From: Eledone cirrhosa
Taxonomy: Eukaryota
DNA: 64,000 bases
Reading direction: 5' to 3'
NCBI GenBank assembly: GCA_964016885.1
Contig: OZ024742.1
Span: 167,214,001 to 167,278,000, forward strand
Shown piece after piece: positions 11,601-26,300 of the stretch. The translations under genes and the position numbers were made by a program. Every line of letters starts with the position of its first letter. The stretch's first letter is position 1. The notes beneath the pieces are model-generated. The model was not told the DNA's origin. It was given only the letters and a program-made list of their open reading frames with translations, and did no database searches.

Positions 11601-13933
11601 TCTAGCCGTCCAAGGGGAGATAATTTCCAGCCGTCCAAGGGGAGATAATTTCCAGCCGTCCAAGGGTAGATAATATCCAGCCGTCCAAGGAGACATATTT
11701 TCCAGCCGTCCAAGGAGAGGTAATTTCTAGCCGTCCAAGTGGAGATAAATTCCAGCCTCCAAGGGGAGATAATTTCCAGCCAGCCAAGGGGAGATAATTT
11801 GTAAAAAAATCAGGGGGAGATAATTTGTAAAAAAAATCAGGGGGAGATAATTTGTACAAAAAATCAGGGGTAGATAATTTGTAAAAAAAAATCAGGGGAA
11901 GATAATTTGTAAAAAAAATCAAGGGGAGATAATTTGCAGCCGTCCAAGGGGAGATAATTTTCAGCCGTCCAAGGAGAGGTAATTTCTAGCCGTCCAAGGT
12001 GAGATAATATCCAGCCGTCCAAGGGGAGATAATTTCCAGCCGTCCAAGGGGAGATAATTTTTAAAAAAAAACAGGCGGAGATAATTTGTAAAAAAAAAAT
12101 CAGGGTGAGATAATTTGTAAAAAAAAATCAGGGGGAGATAATTTGTAAAAAAAAATCAGGGGGAGGTAATTTATAAAAAAAATCAAGGGGAGATAATTTC
12201 CAGCCGTCCAAGGGAAGATAATTTCCAGCCCTCCAAGGGGCTATAATTTCCAGCGTCCAAGGGGAGATAATTTCCAGCCAGCGAAGGGGAGATAATTTTT
12301 TTTTTTTTAAATCAGGGGGACATAATTTGTAAAAAAAATAAGGGGGAGATAATCTGTAAAAAAAATCAAGGGGAGATAATTTGTAAAAAAAATCAAGGGG
12401 AGATAATTTCCAGCCGTCCAAGGGGAGATAATTTTCAGCCGTTCAAGGGGAGATAATTTCCCGCCAGCCAAGGGAAGATAATATTTAAAAAAATCAGGCG
12501 GAGATAATTTGTAAAAAAAATCAGGGGGAGATAATTTGTAAAAAAATCAGGGGGAGATAATTTGTAAAAAAAAAATCAGGGGGAGATTTGTAAAAAAAAT
12601 CAGGGGGAGATAATTTGTAAAAAAAAATCAGGGGTAGATAATTTGTAAAAAAAAATCAGGGGGAGATAATTTGTAAAAAAAAATCAGGGGGAGATAATTT
12701 GTAAAAAAAAATCAATTGGAGATAATTTCCAGCCGTCCAAGGGGAGATAATTTTCAGCCGTCCAAGGAGAGGTAATTTCTAGACGTCCAAGGGGAGATAA
12801 TTTCCAGCCGTCCAATGGGAGATAATTTCCAGCCGTCCAAGGGGAGATAATTTTTAAAAAAAAATCAGGCGGAGATAATTTGTAAAAAAAATCTAGGGGA
12901 GATAATTTGCAGCCGTCCAAGGGGAGATAATTTTCAGTCGTCCAAGGAGAGGTAATTTCTAGCCGTCCAAGGGGAGATAATTTCCAGCCGTCAAAGGGGA
13001 GATAATTTCCAGCCGTCCAAGGGGAGATAATTTTTTTAAAAAAATCAGGCGGAGATAATTTGTAAAAAAAATCAGGGGGAGATAATTTGTAAAAAAAAAT
13101 CAGGGGGAGATAATTTGTAAAAAAAAATCAGGGGGAGATAATTTGTAAAAAAAATCAAGGAGAGATAATTTCCAGCCGTCCAAGGGAAGATAATTTCAAG
13201 CCCTCCAAGGGGCTATAATTTCCAGTGTCCAAGGGGAGATAATTTCCAGCCAGCGAAGGGGAGATAATTTTTTTTTAAAAATCAGGGGGAGATTTGTAAA
13301 AAAAATCAAGGGGAGATAATTTGTAAAAAAATCAGGGGGAGATAATTTGTAAAAAAAAATCAGGGGGAGATAATTTGTAAAAAAAATCAGGGGGAGATAA
13401 TTTGTAAAAAAAAATCAGGGGTAGATAATTTGTAAAAAAAAATCAGGGGGAGATAATTTGTAAAAAAAAAATCAGGGGGAGATAATTTGTAAAAAAAATC
13501 AAGGGGAGATAATTTCCAGCCGTCCAAGGAGAGATAATTTTTTAAAAAAATCAGGCGGAGATAATTTGTAAAAAAAAATCAAGGGGAGATAATTTGTAAA
13601 AAAAAATCAGGGGGAGATAATTTGTAAAAAAAATCAAGGGGAGATAATTTCCAGCCGTCCAAGGGAAGATAATTTCAAGCCCTCCAAGGGGCTATAATTT
13701 CCAGTGTCCAAGGGGAGATAATTTCCAGCCAGCGAAGGGGAGATAATTTTTTTAAAAAAATCAGGGGGAGATATGTAAAAAAAATCAGAGGGAGATAATT
13801 TCTAAAAAAAATCAAAGGGAGATAATTTCCAGCCGTCCAAAGAGAGATAATTTCTAGCCGTCCAAGGGGAGATAATTTCCAGCCAAGGGGAGATAATTTC
13901 CAGCCGTCCAAGGGGAGATAATTATTTAAAAAA
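2694..13933 (+). repeat. Three tandem copies of a ~3.77-kb higher-order repeat
   Basis: Equivalent ORFs at 2694/6468/10241/13934, 3448/7221/10994 and 5190/8963/12684. Markers TCAATTGG (~5245, ~9018, ~12712) and ATCTAGGGG (~5424, ~9197, ~12891) occur once per copy. Confidence 0.93.
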
Positions 13934-16900
13934 TCAGGGGGAGATAATTTGTAAAAACAAAATCAAGGGCAGATAATTTCCAGCTGTCCAAGGGGAGATA
14001 ATTTCCAGCCGTGCAAGGGGAGATAATTTCCAGCCGTCCAAGGGGAGATAATTTCCATCCTTCCAAGGGGAGATAATTTCCAGCCGTCCAAGGGGAGATA
14101 ATTTCCCGCCAGCCAAGGGAAGATAATTTTTTAAAAAATCAGGCGGAGATTGTAAAAAAAATCAGGGGGAGATAATTTGTAAAAAAATCAGGGGGAGATA
14201 ATTTGTAAAAAAAAAATCAGGGGAGATAATTTGTAAAAAAAATCAGGGGGAGATAATTTGTAAAAAAAAAATCAGGGGGAGATAATTTGTAAAAAAAATC
14301 AGGGGTAGATAATTTGTAAAAAAAAATCAGGGGGAGATAATTTGTAAAAAAAAATCAGTGGGAGATAATTTGTAAAAAAATCAAGGGGAGATAATATGCA
14401 GCCGTCCAAGGGGAGATAATTTTCAGCCGTCCAAGGAGAGTTAATTTCTAGCCGTCCAAGGGGAGATAATTTCCAGCCGTCCAAGGGGAGATAATTTCCA
14501 GCCGTCCAAGGGGAGATAGTTTTTTTAAAAAAATCAGGCGGAGATAATTTGTAAAAAAAAAATCAGGGGGAGATAATTTGTAAAAAAAAATCAGGGGGAG
14601 ATAATTTGTAAAAAAAAATCAAGGGGAGATAATTTGTTAAAAAAATCAGGGGGAGATAATTAGTAAAAAAATCAAGGGGAGATAATTTCCAGCCGTCCAA
14701 GGGGAGGTAATATCTAGCCGTCCAAGGGGAGATAATTTCCAGCCGTCCAAGGGTAGATAATATCCAGCCGTCCAAGTAGACATATTTTCCAGCCGTCCAA
14801 GGAGAGGTAATTTCTAGCCGTCCAAGGGGAGATAAATTCTAGCCTCCAAGGGGAGATAATTTCCAGCAAGCCAAGGGGAGATAATTTTTAAAAAAATCAG
14901 GGGGAGATAATTTGTAAAAAAAATCAGGGGGAGATAATTTGTAAAAAAAAATCAGGGGGAGATAATTTGTAAAAAAAATCAGGGGGAGATAATTTGTAAA
15001 AAAAAATCAGGGGGAGATAATTTGTAAAAAAAAATCAGGGGGAGATAATTTGTAAAAAAAAATCAGGGGGAGATAATTTGTAAAAAAAATCAAGGGGAGA
15101 TAATTTCCAGCCGTCCAAGGGGAGATAATTTCCAGCCGTCCAAGGGGAGGTAATATCTAGCCGTCCAAGGGGAGATAATTTCCAGCCGTCCAAGAGGAGA
15201 TAATTTCCAGCCGTCCAAGGGAAGATAATTTCAAGCCCTCCAAGGGGCTATAATTTCCAGTGTCCAAGGGGAGATAATTTCCAGCCAGCGAAGGGGAGAT
15301 AATTTTTTTTTAAAAATCAGGGGGAGATTTGTAAAAAAAATCAGGGGGAGATAATTTGTAAAAAAAATCAAGGGGAGATAATTTCCAGCCGTCGAAGGGA
15401 AGATAATTTCCAGCCCTCCAAGGGGCTATAATTTCCAGCGTCCAAGGGGAGATAATTTCCAGCCAGCGAAGGGGAGATAATTTTTTTAAAAAAATCATTG
15501 GGAGATTTGTAAAAAAAATCAGGGAGAGATAATTTGTAAAAAAATCAAGGGGAGATAATTTCCAGCCGTCCAAGGGGAGGTAATATCTAGCCGTCCAAGG
15601 GGAGATAATTTCCAGCCGTCCAAGGGGAGATAATTTCCAGCCGTCCAAGGGTAGATAATATCCAGCCGTCCAAGTAGACATTTTCCAGCCGTCCAAGGAG
15701 AGGTAATTTCTAGCCGTCCAAAGGGAGATAAATTCCAGCCTCCAAGGGGAGATAATTTCCAGCCAGCCAAGGGGAGATAATTTGTAAAAAAATCAGGGGG
15801 AGATAATTTGTAAAAAAATCAGGGGGAGATAATTTGTAAAAAAAAATCAGGGGGAGATAATTTGTAAAAAAAAATCAGGGGGAGATAATTTGTAAAAAAA
15901 AATCAGGGGGAGATAATTTGTAAAAAAAATCAAGGGGAGATAATTTCCAGCCGTCCAAGGGGAGATAATTTCCATCCTTCCAAGGGGAGATAATTTCCAG
16001 CCGTCCAAGGGGAGATAATTTCCCGCCAGCCAAGGGAAGATAATTTTTAAAAAAATCAGGCGGAGATTGTAAAAAAAATCAGGGGGAGATAATTTGTAAA
16101 AAAATCAGGGGGAGATAATTTGTAAAAAAAAAATCAGGGGGAGACAATTTGTAAAAAAAATCAGGGGGAAATAATTTGTAAAAAAAAATCAAGGGGAGAT
16201 AATTTGTACAAAAAATCAGGGGTATATAATTTGTAAAAAAAAATCAGGGGGAGATAATTTGTAAAAAAAAATCAGGGGGAGATAATTTGTAAAAAAAATC
16301 AAGGGGAGATAATTTGCAGCCGTCCAAGGGGAGATAATTTTCAGCCGTCCAAGGAGAGGTAATTTCTAGCCGTCCAAGGTGAGATAATATCCAGCCGTCC
16401 AAGGGGAGATAATTTCCAGCCGTCCAAGGGGAGATAATTTTTAAAAAAAAACAGGCGAAGATAATTTGTAAAAAAAAAATCAGGGGGAGATAATTTGTAA
16501 AAAAAAATCAGGGGGAGATAATTTGTAAAAAAAAATCAGGGGGAGGTAATTTGTAAAATAAATCAAGGGGAGATAATTTCCAGCCGTCCAAGGGAAGATA
16601 ATTTCCAGCCCTCCAAGGGGCTATAATTTCCAGCGTCCAAGGGGAGATAATTTCCAGCCAGCGAAGGGGAGATAATTGTTTTAAAAAAATCATTGGGAGA
16701 TTTGTAAAAAAAATCAGGGGGAGATAATTAATAAAAAAAATCAAGGGGAGATAATTCCAGCCGTCCAAGGGGAGGTAATATCTAGCCGTCCAAGGGGAGA
16801 TAATTTCCAGCCGTCCAAGGGGAGATAATTTCCAGCCGTTCAAGGGTAGACAATATCCAGCCGTCCAAGGAGACATATTTTCCAGCCGTGCAAGGAGAGG

Positions 16901-17347
16901 TAATTTCTAGCCGTCCAAGGGGAGATAAATTCCAGCCTCCAAGGGGAGATAATTTCCAGCCAGCCAAGGGGAGATAATTTGTAAAAAAATCAGGGGGAGA
17001 TAATTTGTAAAAAAAGCCAGGGGTAGATAATTTGTAAAAAAAAATCAGGGGGAGATAATTTGTAAAAAAAAATCAGGGGGAGATAATTTGTAAAAAAAAT
17101 CAAGGGGAGATAATTTCCAGCCATCCAAGGAGAGATAATTTTTAAAAAAAATCAGGCGGAGATAATTTGTAAAAAAAAATCAGGGGGAGATAATTTGTAA
17201 AAAAAATCAGGGGGTGATAATTTGTAAAAAAAATCAAGGGGAGATAATTTCCAGCCGTCCAAGGGGAGATAATTTCCAGCCGTCCAAGGGGACATAAATT
17301 TTTTAAAAAAATCAGGCGGAGATAATTTGTAAAAAAAATCAGGGGGA

Positions 17348-20300
17348 GATAAATTGTAAAAAAAAATCAGGGGAAGATAATTTGTAAAAAAAATCAGGGG
17401 GAGATAATTTCCAGCCGTCCAAGGTAAGATAATTTCCAGCCCTCCAAGGGGCTATAATTTCCAGCATCCAAGGGGAGATAATTTCCAGCCGTCCAAGGGT
17501 AGATAATATCCAGCCGTCCAAGTAGACATATTTTCCAGCCGTCCAAGGAGAGGTAATTTCTAGCCGTCCAAGGGGAGATAAATTCCAGCCTCCAAGGGGA
17601 GATAATTTCCAGCCAGCCAAGGGGAGATAATTTGTAAAAAAATCAGGGGGAGATAATTTGTAAAAAAAATCAGGGGGAGATAATTTGTAAAAAAAAATCA
17701 GGGGGAGATAATTTGTAAAAAAAAATCAGGGGGAGATAATTTCCAGCCGTCCAAGGGGAGATAATTTTCAGCCGTCCAAGGGTAGATAATATCCAGCCGT
17801 CCAAGTAGACATTTTCCAGCCGTCCAAGGAGAGGTAATTTCTAGCCGTCCAAGGGGAGATAAATTCCAGCCTCCAAGGGGAGATAATTTCCAGCCAGCCA
17901 AGGGGAGATAATTTGTAAAAAAATCAGGGGGAGATAATTTGTAAAAAAAATCAGGGGGAGATAATTTGTAAAAAAAAATCAGGGGGAGATAATTTGTAAA
18001 AAAAAATCAGGGGGAGATAATTTCCAGCCGTCCAAGGGGAGATAATTTTCAGCCGTCCAAGGGGAGATAATTTCCAGCCGTCCAAGGGGAGATAATTTCC
18101 ATCCTTCCAAGGGGAGATAATTTCCAGCCTTCCAAGGGGAGATAATTTTCAGCCGTCCAAGGGGAGATAATTTCCCGCCAGCCAAGGGAAGATAATATTT
18201 TAAAAAATCAGGCGGAGATAATTTGTAAAAAAAATCAGGGGGAGATAATTTGTAAAAAAATCAGGGGGAGATAATTTGTAAAAAAAAAATCAGGGGGAGA
18301 TAATTTGTAAAAAAAATCAGGGGGAGATAATTTGTAAAAAAAAATCAGGGGTAGATAATTTGTAAAAAAAAATCAGGGGGAGATAATTTGTAAAAAAAAA
18401 ATCAGGGGGAGATAATTTGTAAAAAAAATCAAGGGGAGATAATTTCCAGCCGTCCAAGGAGAGATAATTTTTAAAAAAAATCAGGCGGAGATAATTTGTA
18501 AAAAAAAATCAGGGGGAGATAATTTCCAGCCGTCGAAGGGAAGATAATTTCCAGCCCTCCAAGGGGCTATAATTTCCAGCGTCCAAGGGGAGATAATTTC
18601 CAGCCAGCGAAGGGGAGATAATTTTTTTAAAAAAATCATTGGGAGATTTGTAAAAAAAATCAGGGGGAGATAATTTGTAAAAAAAATCAAGGGGAGATAA
18701 TTTCCAGCCGTCCAAGGGGAGGTAATATCTAGCCGTCCAAGGGGAGATAATTTCCAGCCGTCCAAGGGGAGATAATTTCCAGCCGTCCAAGGGTAGATAA
18801 TATCCAGCCGTCCAAGTAGACATTTTCCAGCCGTCCAAGGAGAGGTAATTTCTAGCCGTCCAAGGGGAGATAAATTCCAGCCTCCAAGGGGAGATAATTT
18901 CCAGCCAGCCAAGGGGAGATAATTTGTAAAAAAATCAGGGGGAGATAATTTGTAAAAAAAATCAGGGGGAGATAATTTGTAAAAAAAAATCAGGGGGAGA
19001 TAATTTGTAAAAAAAAATCAGGGGGAGATAATTTGTAAAAAAAAATCAGGGGGAGATAATTTGTAAAAAAATCAAGGGGAGATAATTTCCAGCCGTCCAA
19101 GGGGAGATAATTTTCAGCCGTCCAAGGGGAGATAATTTCCAGCCGTCCAAGGGGAGATAATTTCCATCCTTCCAAGGGGAGATAATTTGTAAAAAAAAAT
19201 CAGGGGGAGATAATTTGTAAAAAAAAATCAAGGGGAGATAATTTCCAGCCGTCCAAGGGGAGATAATTTTCAGCCGTCCAAGGGGAGATAATTTCCCGCC
19301 AGCCAAGGGAAGATAATATTTAAAAAAATCAGGCGGAGATAATTTGTAATAAAAATCAGGGGGAGATAATTTGTAAAAAAATCAGGGGGAGATAATTTGT
19401 AAAAAAAAAATCAGGGGGAGATAATTTGTAAAAAAAATCAGGAGGAGATAATTTGTAAAAAAAAATCAGGGGTAGATAATTTGTAAAAAAAAATCAGGGG
19501 GAGATAATTTGTAAAAAAAAATCAGGGGGAGATAATTTGTAAAAAAAATCAAGGGGAGATAATTTCCAGCCGTCCAAGGAGAGATAATTTAAAAAAAAAA
19601 TCAGGCGGAGATAATTTGTAAAAAAAAATCAAGGGGAGATAATTTGTAAAAAAAAATCAGGGGGAGATAATTTGTAAAAAAAATCAAGGGGAGATAATTT
19701 CCAGCCGTCCAAGGGAAGATAATTTCCAGCACTCCAAGGGGCTATAATTTCCAGTGTCCAAGGGGAGATAATTTCCAGCCAGCGAAGGGGAGATAATTTT
19801 TTTAAAAAAATCAGGGGGAGATATGTAAAAAAAATCAGAGGGAGATAATTTCTAAAAAAAATCAAAGGGAGATAATTTCCAGCCGTCCAAAGAGAGATAA
19901 TTTCTAGCCGTCCAAGGGGAGATAATTTCCAGCCAAGGGGAGATAATTTCCAGCCGTCCAAAGGGGAGATAATTTTTTAAAAAATCAGGTGGAGATAATT
20001 TGTAAAAAAAATCAGGGGGAGATAATTTGTAAAAACAAAATCAAGGGCAGATAATTTCCAGCTGTCCAAGGGGAGATAATTTCCAGCCGTGCAAGGGGAG
20101 ATAATTTCCAGCCGTCCAAGGGGAGATAATTTCCATCCTTCCAAGGGGAGATAATCTCCAGCCGTCCAAGGGGAGATAATTTCCCGCCAGCCAAGGGAAG
20201 ATAATTTTTAAAAAAATCAGTCGGAGATTGTAAAAAAAATCAGGGGGAGATAATTTGTAAAAAAATCAGGGGGAGATAATTTGTAAAAAAAAAATCAGGG

Positions 20301-23300
20301 GAGATAATTTGTAAAAAAAAAATCAGGGGGAGATAATTTGTAAAAAAAAAATCAGGGGGAGATAATTTGTAAAAAATAATCAGGGGTAGATAATTTGTAA
20401 AAAAAAATCAGGGGGAGATAATTTGTAAAAAAAAATCAGGGGGAGATAATTTGTAAAAAAATCAAGGGGAGATAATATGCAGCCGTCCAAGGGGAGATAA
20501 TTTTCAGCCGTCCAAGGAGAGGTAATTTCTAGCCGTCCAAGGGGAGATAATTTCCAGCCGTCCAAGGGGAGATAATTTCAAGCCGTCCAAGGGGAGATAG
20601 TTTTTTTAAAAAAATCAGGCGGAGATAATTTGTAAAAAAAAAATCAGGGGGAGATAATTTGTAAAAAAAAATCAGGGGGAGATAATTTGTAAAAAAAATC
20701 AGGGGGAGATAATTTGTAAAAAAAATCAAGGGGAGATAATTTCCAGCCGTCCAAGGGAAGATAATTTCAAGCCCTCCAAGGGGCTATAATTTCCAGTGTC
20801 CAAGGGGAGATAATTTCCAGCCAGCGAAGGGGAGATATTTTTTTTTTAAAAATCAGGGGGAGATTTGTAAAAAAAATCAGGGGGAGATAATTTGCAAAAA
20901 AAATCAAAGGGAGATAATTTCCAGCCGTCCAAAGAGAGATAATTTCTAGCCGTCGAAGGGGAGATAATTTCGAGCCAAGGGGAGATAATTTCCAGCCGTC
21001 CAAGGGGAGATAATTTTTTAAAAAATCAGGTGGAGATAATTTGTAAAAAAAATCAGGGGGAGATAATTTGTAAAAACAAAATCAAGGGCACATAATTTCC
21101 AGCTGTCCAAGGGGAGATAATTTCCAGCCGTGCAAGGGGAGATAATTTCCAGCCGTCCAAAGGGAGATAATTTCCATCCTTCCAAGGGGAGATAATTTCC
21201 AGCCGTCCAAGGGGAGATAATTTCCCGCCAGCCAAGAGAAGATAATTTTTTAAAAAATCAGGCGGAGATTGTAAAAAAAATCAGCGGGAGATAATTTGTA
21301 AAAAAATCAGGGGGAGATAATTTGTAAAAAAATCAAGGGGAGATAATTTCCAGCTCTCCAAGGGGAGGTAATATCTAGCCGTCCAAGGGGAGATAATTTC
21401 CAGCCGTCCAAGGGGAGATAATTTCCAGCCGTCCAAGGGTAGATAATATCCAGCCGTCCAAGGAGACATATTTTCCAGCCGTCCAAGGAGAGGTAATTTC
21501 TAGCCGTCCAAGTGGAGATAAATTCCAGCCTCCAAGGGGAGATAATTTCCAGCCAGCCAAGGGGAGATAATTTGTAAAAAAATCAGGGGGAGATAATTTG
21601 TAAAAAAAATCAGGGGGAGATAATTTGTACAAAAAATCAGGGGTAGATAATTTGTAAAAAAAAATCAGGGGGAGATAATTTGTAAAAAAAATCAAGGGGA
21701 GATAATTTGCAGCCGTCCAAGGGGAGATAATTTTCAGCCGTCCAAGGAGAGGTAATTTCTAGCCGTCCAAGGTGAGATAATATCCAGCCGTCCAAGGGGA
21801 GATAATTTCCAGCCGTCCAAGGGGAGATAATTTTTAAAAAAAAACAGGCGGAGATAATTTGTAAAAAAAAAATCAGGGTGAGATAATTTGTAAAAAAAAA
21901 TCAGGGGGAGATAATTTGTAAAAAAAAATCAGGGGGAGGTAATTTATAAAAAAAATCAAGGGGAGATAATTTCCAGCCGTCCAAGGGAAGATAATTTCCA
22001 GCCCTCCAAGGGGCTATAATTTCCAGCGTCCAAGGGGAGATAATTTCCAGCCAGCGAAGGGGAGATAATTTTTTTTTTTTTAAATCAGGGGGACATAATT
22101 TGTAAAAAAAATAAGGGGGAGATAATCTGTAAAAAAAATCAAGGGGAGATAATTTGTAAAAAAATCAGGGGGAGATAATTTGTAAAAAAAAATCAGGGGG
22201 AGATAATTTGTAAAAAAAATCAAGGGGAGATAATTTGTAAAAAAAATCAAGGGGAGATAATTTCCAGCCGTCCAAGGGGAGATAATTTTCAGCCGTCCAA
22301 GGGGAGATAATTTCCCGCCAGCCAAGGGAAGATAATATTTAAAAAAATCAGGCGGAGATAATTTGTAAAAAAAATCAGGGGGAGATAATTTGTAAAAAAA
22401 TCAGGGGGAGATAATTTGTAAAAAAAAAATCAGGGGGAGATTTGTAAAAAAAATCAGGGGGAGATAATTTGTAAAAAAAAATCAGGGGTAGATAATTTGT
22501 AAAAAAAAATCAGGGGGAGATAATTTGTAAAAAAAAATCAGGGGGAGATAATTTGTAAAAAAAATCAATTGGAGATAATTTCCAGCCGTCCAAGGGGAGA
22601 TAATTTTCAGCCGTCCAAGGAGAGGTAATTTCTAGACGTCCAAGGGGAGATAATTTCCAGCCGTCCAATGGGAGATAATTTCCAGCCGTCCAAGGGGAGA
22701 TAATTTTTAAAAAAAAATCAGGCGGAGATAATTTGTAAAAAAAATCTAGGGGAGATAATTTGCAGCCGTCCAAGGGGAGATAATTTTCAGTCGTCCAAGG
22801 AGAGGTAATTTCTAGCCGTCCAAGGGGAGATAATTTCCAGCCGTCAAAGGGGAGATAATTTCCAGCCGTCCAAGGGGAGATAATTTTTTTAAAAAAATCA
22901 GGCGGAGATAATTTGTAAAAAAAATCAGGGGGAGATAATTTGTAAAAAAAAATCAGGGGGAGATAATTTGTAAAAAAAAATCAGGGGGAGATAATTTGTA
23001 AAAAAAATCAAGGAGAGATAATTTCCAGCCGTCCAAGGGAAGATAATTTCAAGCCCTCCAAGGGGCTATAATTTCCAGTGTCCAAGGGGAGATAATTTCC
23101 AGCCAGCGAAGGGGAGATAATTTTTTTTTAAAAATCAGGGGGAGATTTGTAAAAAAAATCAAGGGGAGATAATTTGTAAAAAAATCAGGGGGAGATAATT
23201 TGTAAAAAAAAAATCAGGGGGAGATAATTTGTAAAAAAAATCAGGGGGAGATAATTTGTAAAAAAAAATCAGGGGTACATAATTTGTAAAAAAAAATCAG

Positions 23301-26300
23301 GGGGAGATAATTTGTAAAAAAAAAATCAGGGGGAGATAATTTGTAAAAAAAATCAAGGGGAGATAATTTCCAGCCGTCCAAGGAGAGATAATTTTTAAAA
23401 AAAATCAGGCGGAGATAATTTGTAAAAAAAAATCAAGGGGAGATAATTTGTAAAAAAAAATCAGGGGGAGATAATTTGTAAAAAAAATCAAGGGGAGATA
23501 ATTTCCAGCCGTCCAAGGGAAGATAATTTCAAGCCCTCCAAGGGGCTATAATTTCCAGTGTCCAAGGGGAGATAATTTCCAGCCAGCGAAGGGGAGATAA
23601 TTTTTTTAAAAAAATCAGGGGGAGATATGTAAAAAAAATCAGAGGGAGATAATTTCTAAAAAAAATCAAAGGGAGATAATTTCCAGCCGTCCAAAGAGAG
23701 ATAATTTCTAGCCGTCCAAGGGGAGATAATTTCCAGCCAAGGGGAGATAATTTCCAGCCGTCCAAAGGGGAGATAATTTTTTAAAAAATCAGGTGGAGAT
23801 AATTTGTAAAAAAAATCAGGGGGAGATAATTTGTAAAAACAAAATCAAGGGCAGATAATTTCCAGCTGTCCAAGGGGAGATAATTTCCAGCCGTGCAAGG
23901 GGAGATAATTTCCAGCCGTCCAAGGGGAGATAATTTCCATCCTTCCAAGGGGAGATAATCTCCAGCCGTCCAAGGGGAGATAATTTCCCGCCAGCCAAGG
24001 GAAGATAATTTTTAAAAAAATCAGGCGGAGATTGTAAAAAAAATCAGGGGGAGATAATTTGTAAAAAAATCAGGGGGAGATAATTTGTAAAAAAAAAATC
24101 AGGGGAGATAATTTGTAAAAAAAAATCAGGGGGAGATAATTTGTAAAAAAAAAATCAGGGGGAGATAATTTGTAAAAAATAATCAGGGGTAGATAATTTG
24201 TAAAAAAAAATCAGGGGGAGATAATTTGTAAAAAAAAATCATGGGGAGATAATTTGTAAAAAAATCAAGGGGAGATAATATGCAGCCGTCCAAGGGGAGA
24301 TAATTTTCAGCCGTCCAAGGAGAGGTAATTTCTAGCCGTCCAAGGGGAGATAATTTCCAGCCGTCCAAGGGGAGATAATTTCAAGCCGTCCAAGGGGAGA
24401 TAGTTTTTTTAAAAAAATCAGGCGGAGATAATTTGTAAAAAAAAAATCAGGGGGAGATAATTTGTAAAAAAAAATCAGGGGGAGATAATTTGTAAAAAAA
24501 ATCAGGGGGAGATAATTTGTAAAAAAAATCAAGGGGAGATAATTTCCAGCCCTCCAAGGGGCTATAATTTCCAGTGTCCAAGGGGAGATAATTTCCAGCC
24601 AGCGAAGGGGAGATATTTTTTTTTTAAAAATCAGGGGGAGATTTGTAAAAAAAATCAGGGGGAGATAATTTGCAAAAAAAATCAAAGGGAGATAATTTCC
24701 AGCCGTCCAAAGAGAGATAATTTCTAGCCGTCCAAGGGGAGATAATTTCGAGCCAAGGGGAGATAATTTCCAGCCGTCCAAGGGGAGATAATTTTTTAAA
24801 AAATCAGGTGGAGATAATTTGTAAAAAAAATCAGGGGGAGATAATTTGTAAAAACAAAATCAAGGGCAGATAATTTCCAGCTGTCCAAGGGGAGATAATT
24901 TCCAGCCGTGCAAGGGGAGATAATTTCCAGCCGTCCAAAGGGAGATAATTTCCATCCTTCCAAGGGGAGATAATTTCCAGCCGTCCAAGGGGAGATAATT
25001 TCCCGCCAGCCAAGAGAAGATAATTTTTTAAAAAATCAGGCGGAGATTGTAAAAAAAATCAGCGGGAGATAATTTGTAAAAAAATCAGGGGGAGATAATT
25101 TGTAAAAAAATCAAGGGGAGATAATTTCCAGCTCTCCAAGGGGAGGTAATATCTAGCCGTCCAAGGGGAGATAATTTCCAGCCGTCCAAGGGGAGATAAT
25201 TTCCAGCCGTCCAAGGGTAGATAATATCCAGCCGTCCAAGGAGACATATTTTCCAGCCGTCCAAGGAGAGGTAATTTCTAGCCGTCCAAGTGGAGATAAA
25301 TTCCAGCCTCCAAGGGGAGATAATTTCCAGCCAGCCAAGGGGAGATAATTTGTAAAAAAATCAGGGGGAGATAATTTGTAAAAAAAATCAGGGGGAGATA
25401 ATTTGTACAAAAAATCAGGGGTAGATAATTTGTAAAAAAAAATCAGGGGAAGATAATTTGTAAAAAAAATCAAGGGGAGATAATTTGCAGCCGTCCAAGG
25501 GGAGATAATTTTCAGCCGTCCAAGGAGAGGTAATTTCTAGCCGTCCAAGGTGAGATAATATCCAGCCGTCCAAGGGGAGATAATTTCCAGCCGTCCAAGG
25601 GGAGATAATTTTTAAAAAAAAACAGGCGGAGATAATTTGTAAAAAAAAAATCAGGGTGAGATAATTTGTAAAAAAAAATCAGGGGGAGATAATTTGTAAA
25701 AAAAAATCAGGGGGAGGTAATTTATAAAAAAAATCAAGGGGAGATAATTTCCAGCCGTCCAAGGGAAGATAATTTCCAGCCCTCCAAGGGGCTATAATTT
25801 CCAGCGTCCAAGGGGAGATAATTTCCAGCCAGCGAAGGGGAGATAATTTTTTTTTTTTTAAATCAGGGGGACATAATTTGTAAAAAAAATAAGGGGGAGA
25901 TAATCTGTAAAAAAAATCAAGGGGAGATAATTTGTAAAAAAATCAGGGGGAGATAATTTGTAAAAAAAATCAAGGGGAGATAATTTGTAAAAAAAATCAA
26001 GGGGAGATAATTTCCAGCCGTCCAAGGGGAGATAATTTTCAGCCGTTCAAGGGGAGATAATTTCCCGCCAGCCAAGGGAAGATAATATTTAAAAAAATCA
26101 GGCGGAGATAATTTGTAAAAAAAATCAGGGGGAGATAATTTGTAAAAAAATCAGGGGGAGATAATTTGTAAAAAAAAAATCAGGGGGAGATTTGTAAAAA
26201 AAATCAGGGGGAGATAATTTGTAAAAAAAAATCAGGGGTAGATAATTTGTAAAAAAAAATCAGGGGGAGATAATTTGTAAAAAAAAATCAGGGGGAGATA

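Larger units (their letters stand above)
1..17347 (+). repeat. Super-unit 1 (17.35 kb; three copies of the ~3.77-kb HOR)
   Basis: The rare variant GATAAATTGT occurs at 1, 17348 and 30954. Matching ORFs recur at 351/17698, 1162/18481 and 2311/19629. The start is set by the window edge, so the phase is arbitrary. Confidence 0.9.

Noticed and set aside
14873-15090. Intramolecular G-quadruplex from repeated G4-G5 runs
   Set aside because: Loops between G-runs are ~21-24 nt, well beyond the canonical 1-7 nt, so a stable G4 cannot be claimed from sequence.
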